IMG/VR virus record: IMGVR_UViG_3300021387_001034
Location: 30,600-94,599 of that record
DNA length: 64,000 nt
Origin: a virus
Taxonomy: Duplodnaviria; Caudoviricetes
Direction: 5' to 3' (one strand)
The translations under genes were made by a program, and so were the position numbers. Below, in pieces: positions 63,976 through 64,000 of this stretch (positions are counted from its first letter, which is position 1; the number at the start of each line of letters is the position of its first letter). Under the pieces are notes generated by a model. It saw only the letters and a list, made by a program, of their open reading frames with translations. It had not been told where the DNA came from and did not search any database.

Positions 63976-64000
63976 AAAGAGTTTTAATGCGGTGGCGGAA

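Overview
A 64-kb segment of a large AT-rich tailed-phage genome. The host is most likely a Firmicutes/Clostridia-type bacterium (AGGAGG RBSs, sigma-A-type TTGACT-N17-TATAAT promoters, SpoIID/NlpC-P60/SH3b/LL-H-holin genes). TAG is read as a sense codon, almost certainly Gln (code 15). Reading through TAG joins the fragmented ORF track into intact genes, including ~3269-aa and ~2790-aa virion proteins, and every gene I could delimit ends in TAA or TGA. Layout: 1-12.7 kb holds small early/accessory genes (iteron-like repeats, nuclease, a YadA-repeat module, a Thg1-like enzyme, a SpoIID-like lysin, a deaminase); 12.8-51.5 kb holds TAG-rich structural, lysis and tail-fibre genes; 52-64 kb is a dense RNA island. 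The island has 27 tRNA genes, including an atypical long-variable-arm CUA (amber) tRNA, plus several kinds of non-standard structured RNA. The most novel are: (i) seven elements sharing a covarying terminal stem followed by CAGCAA and carrying circularly permuted tRNAs or tRNA fragments (Y-RNA/YrlA-like topology); (ii) a stand-alone mimic of the 23S rRNA L11-binding GTPase-associated centre with a ~190-nt pseudoknotted insert; (iii) tRNA-Leu-like shells whose anticodon arm is replaced by a large insert. All annotation was done by eye, and family names come from remembered motifs, not database searches.
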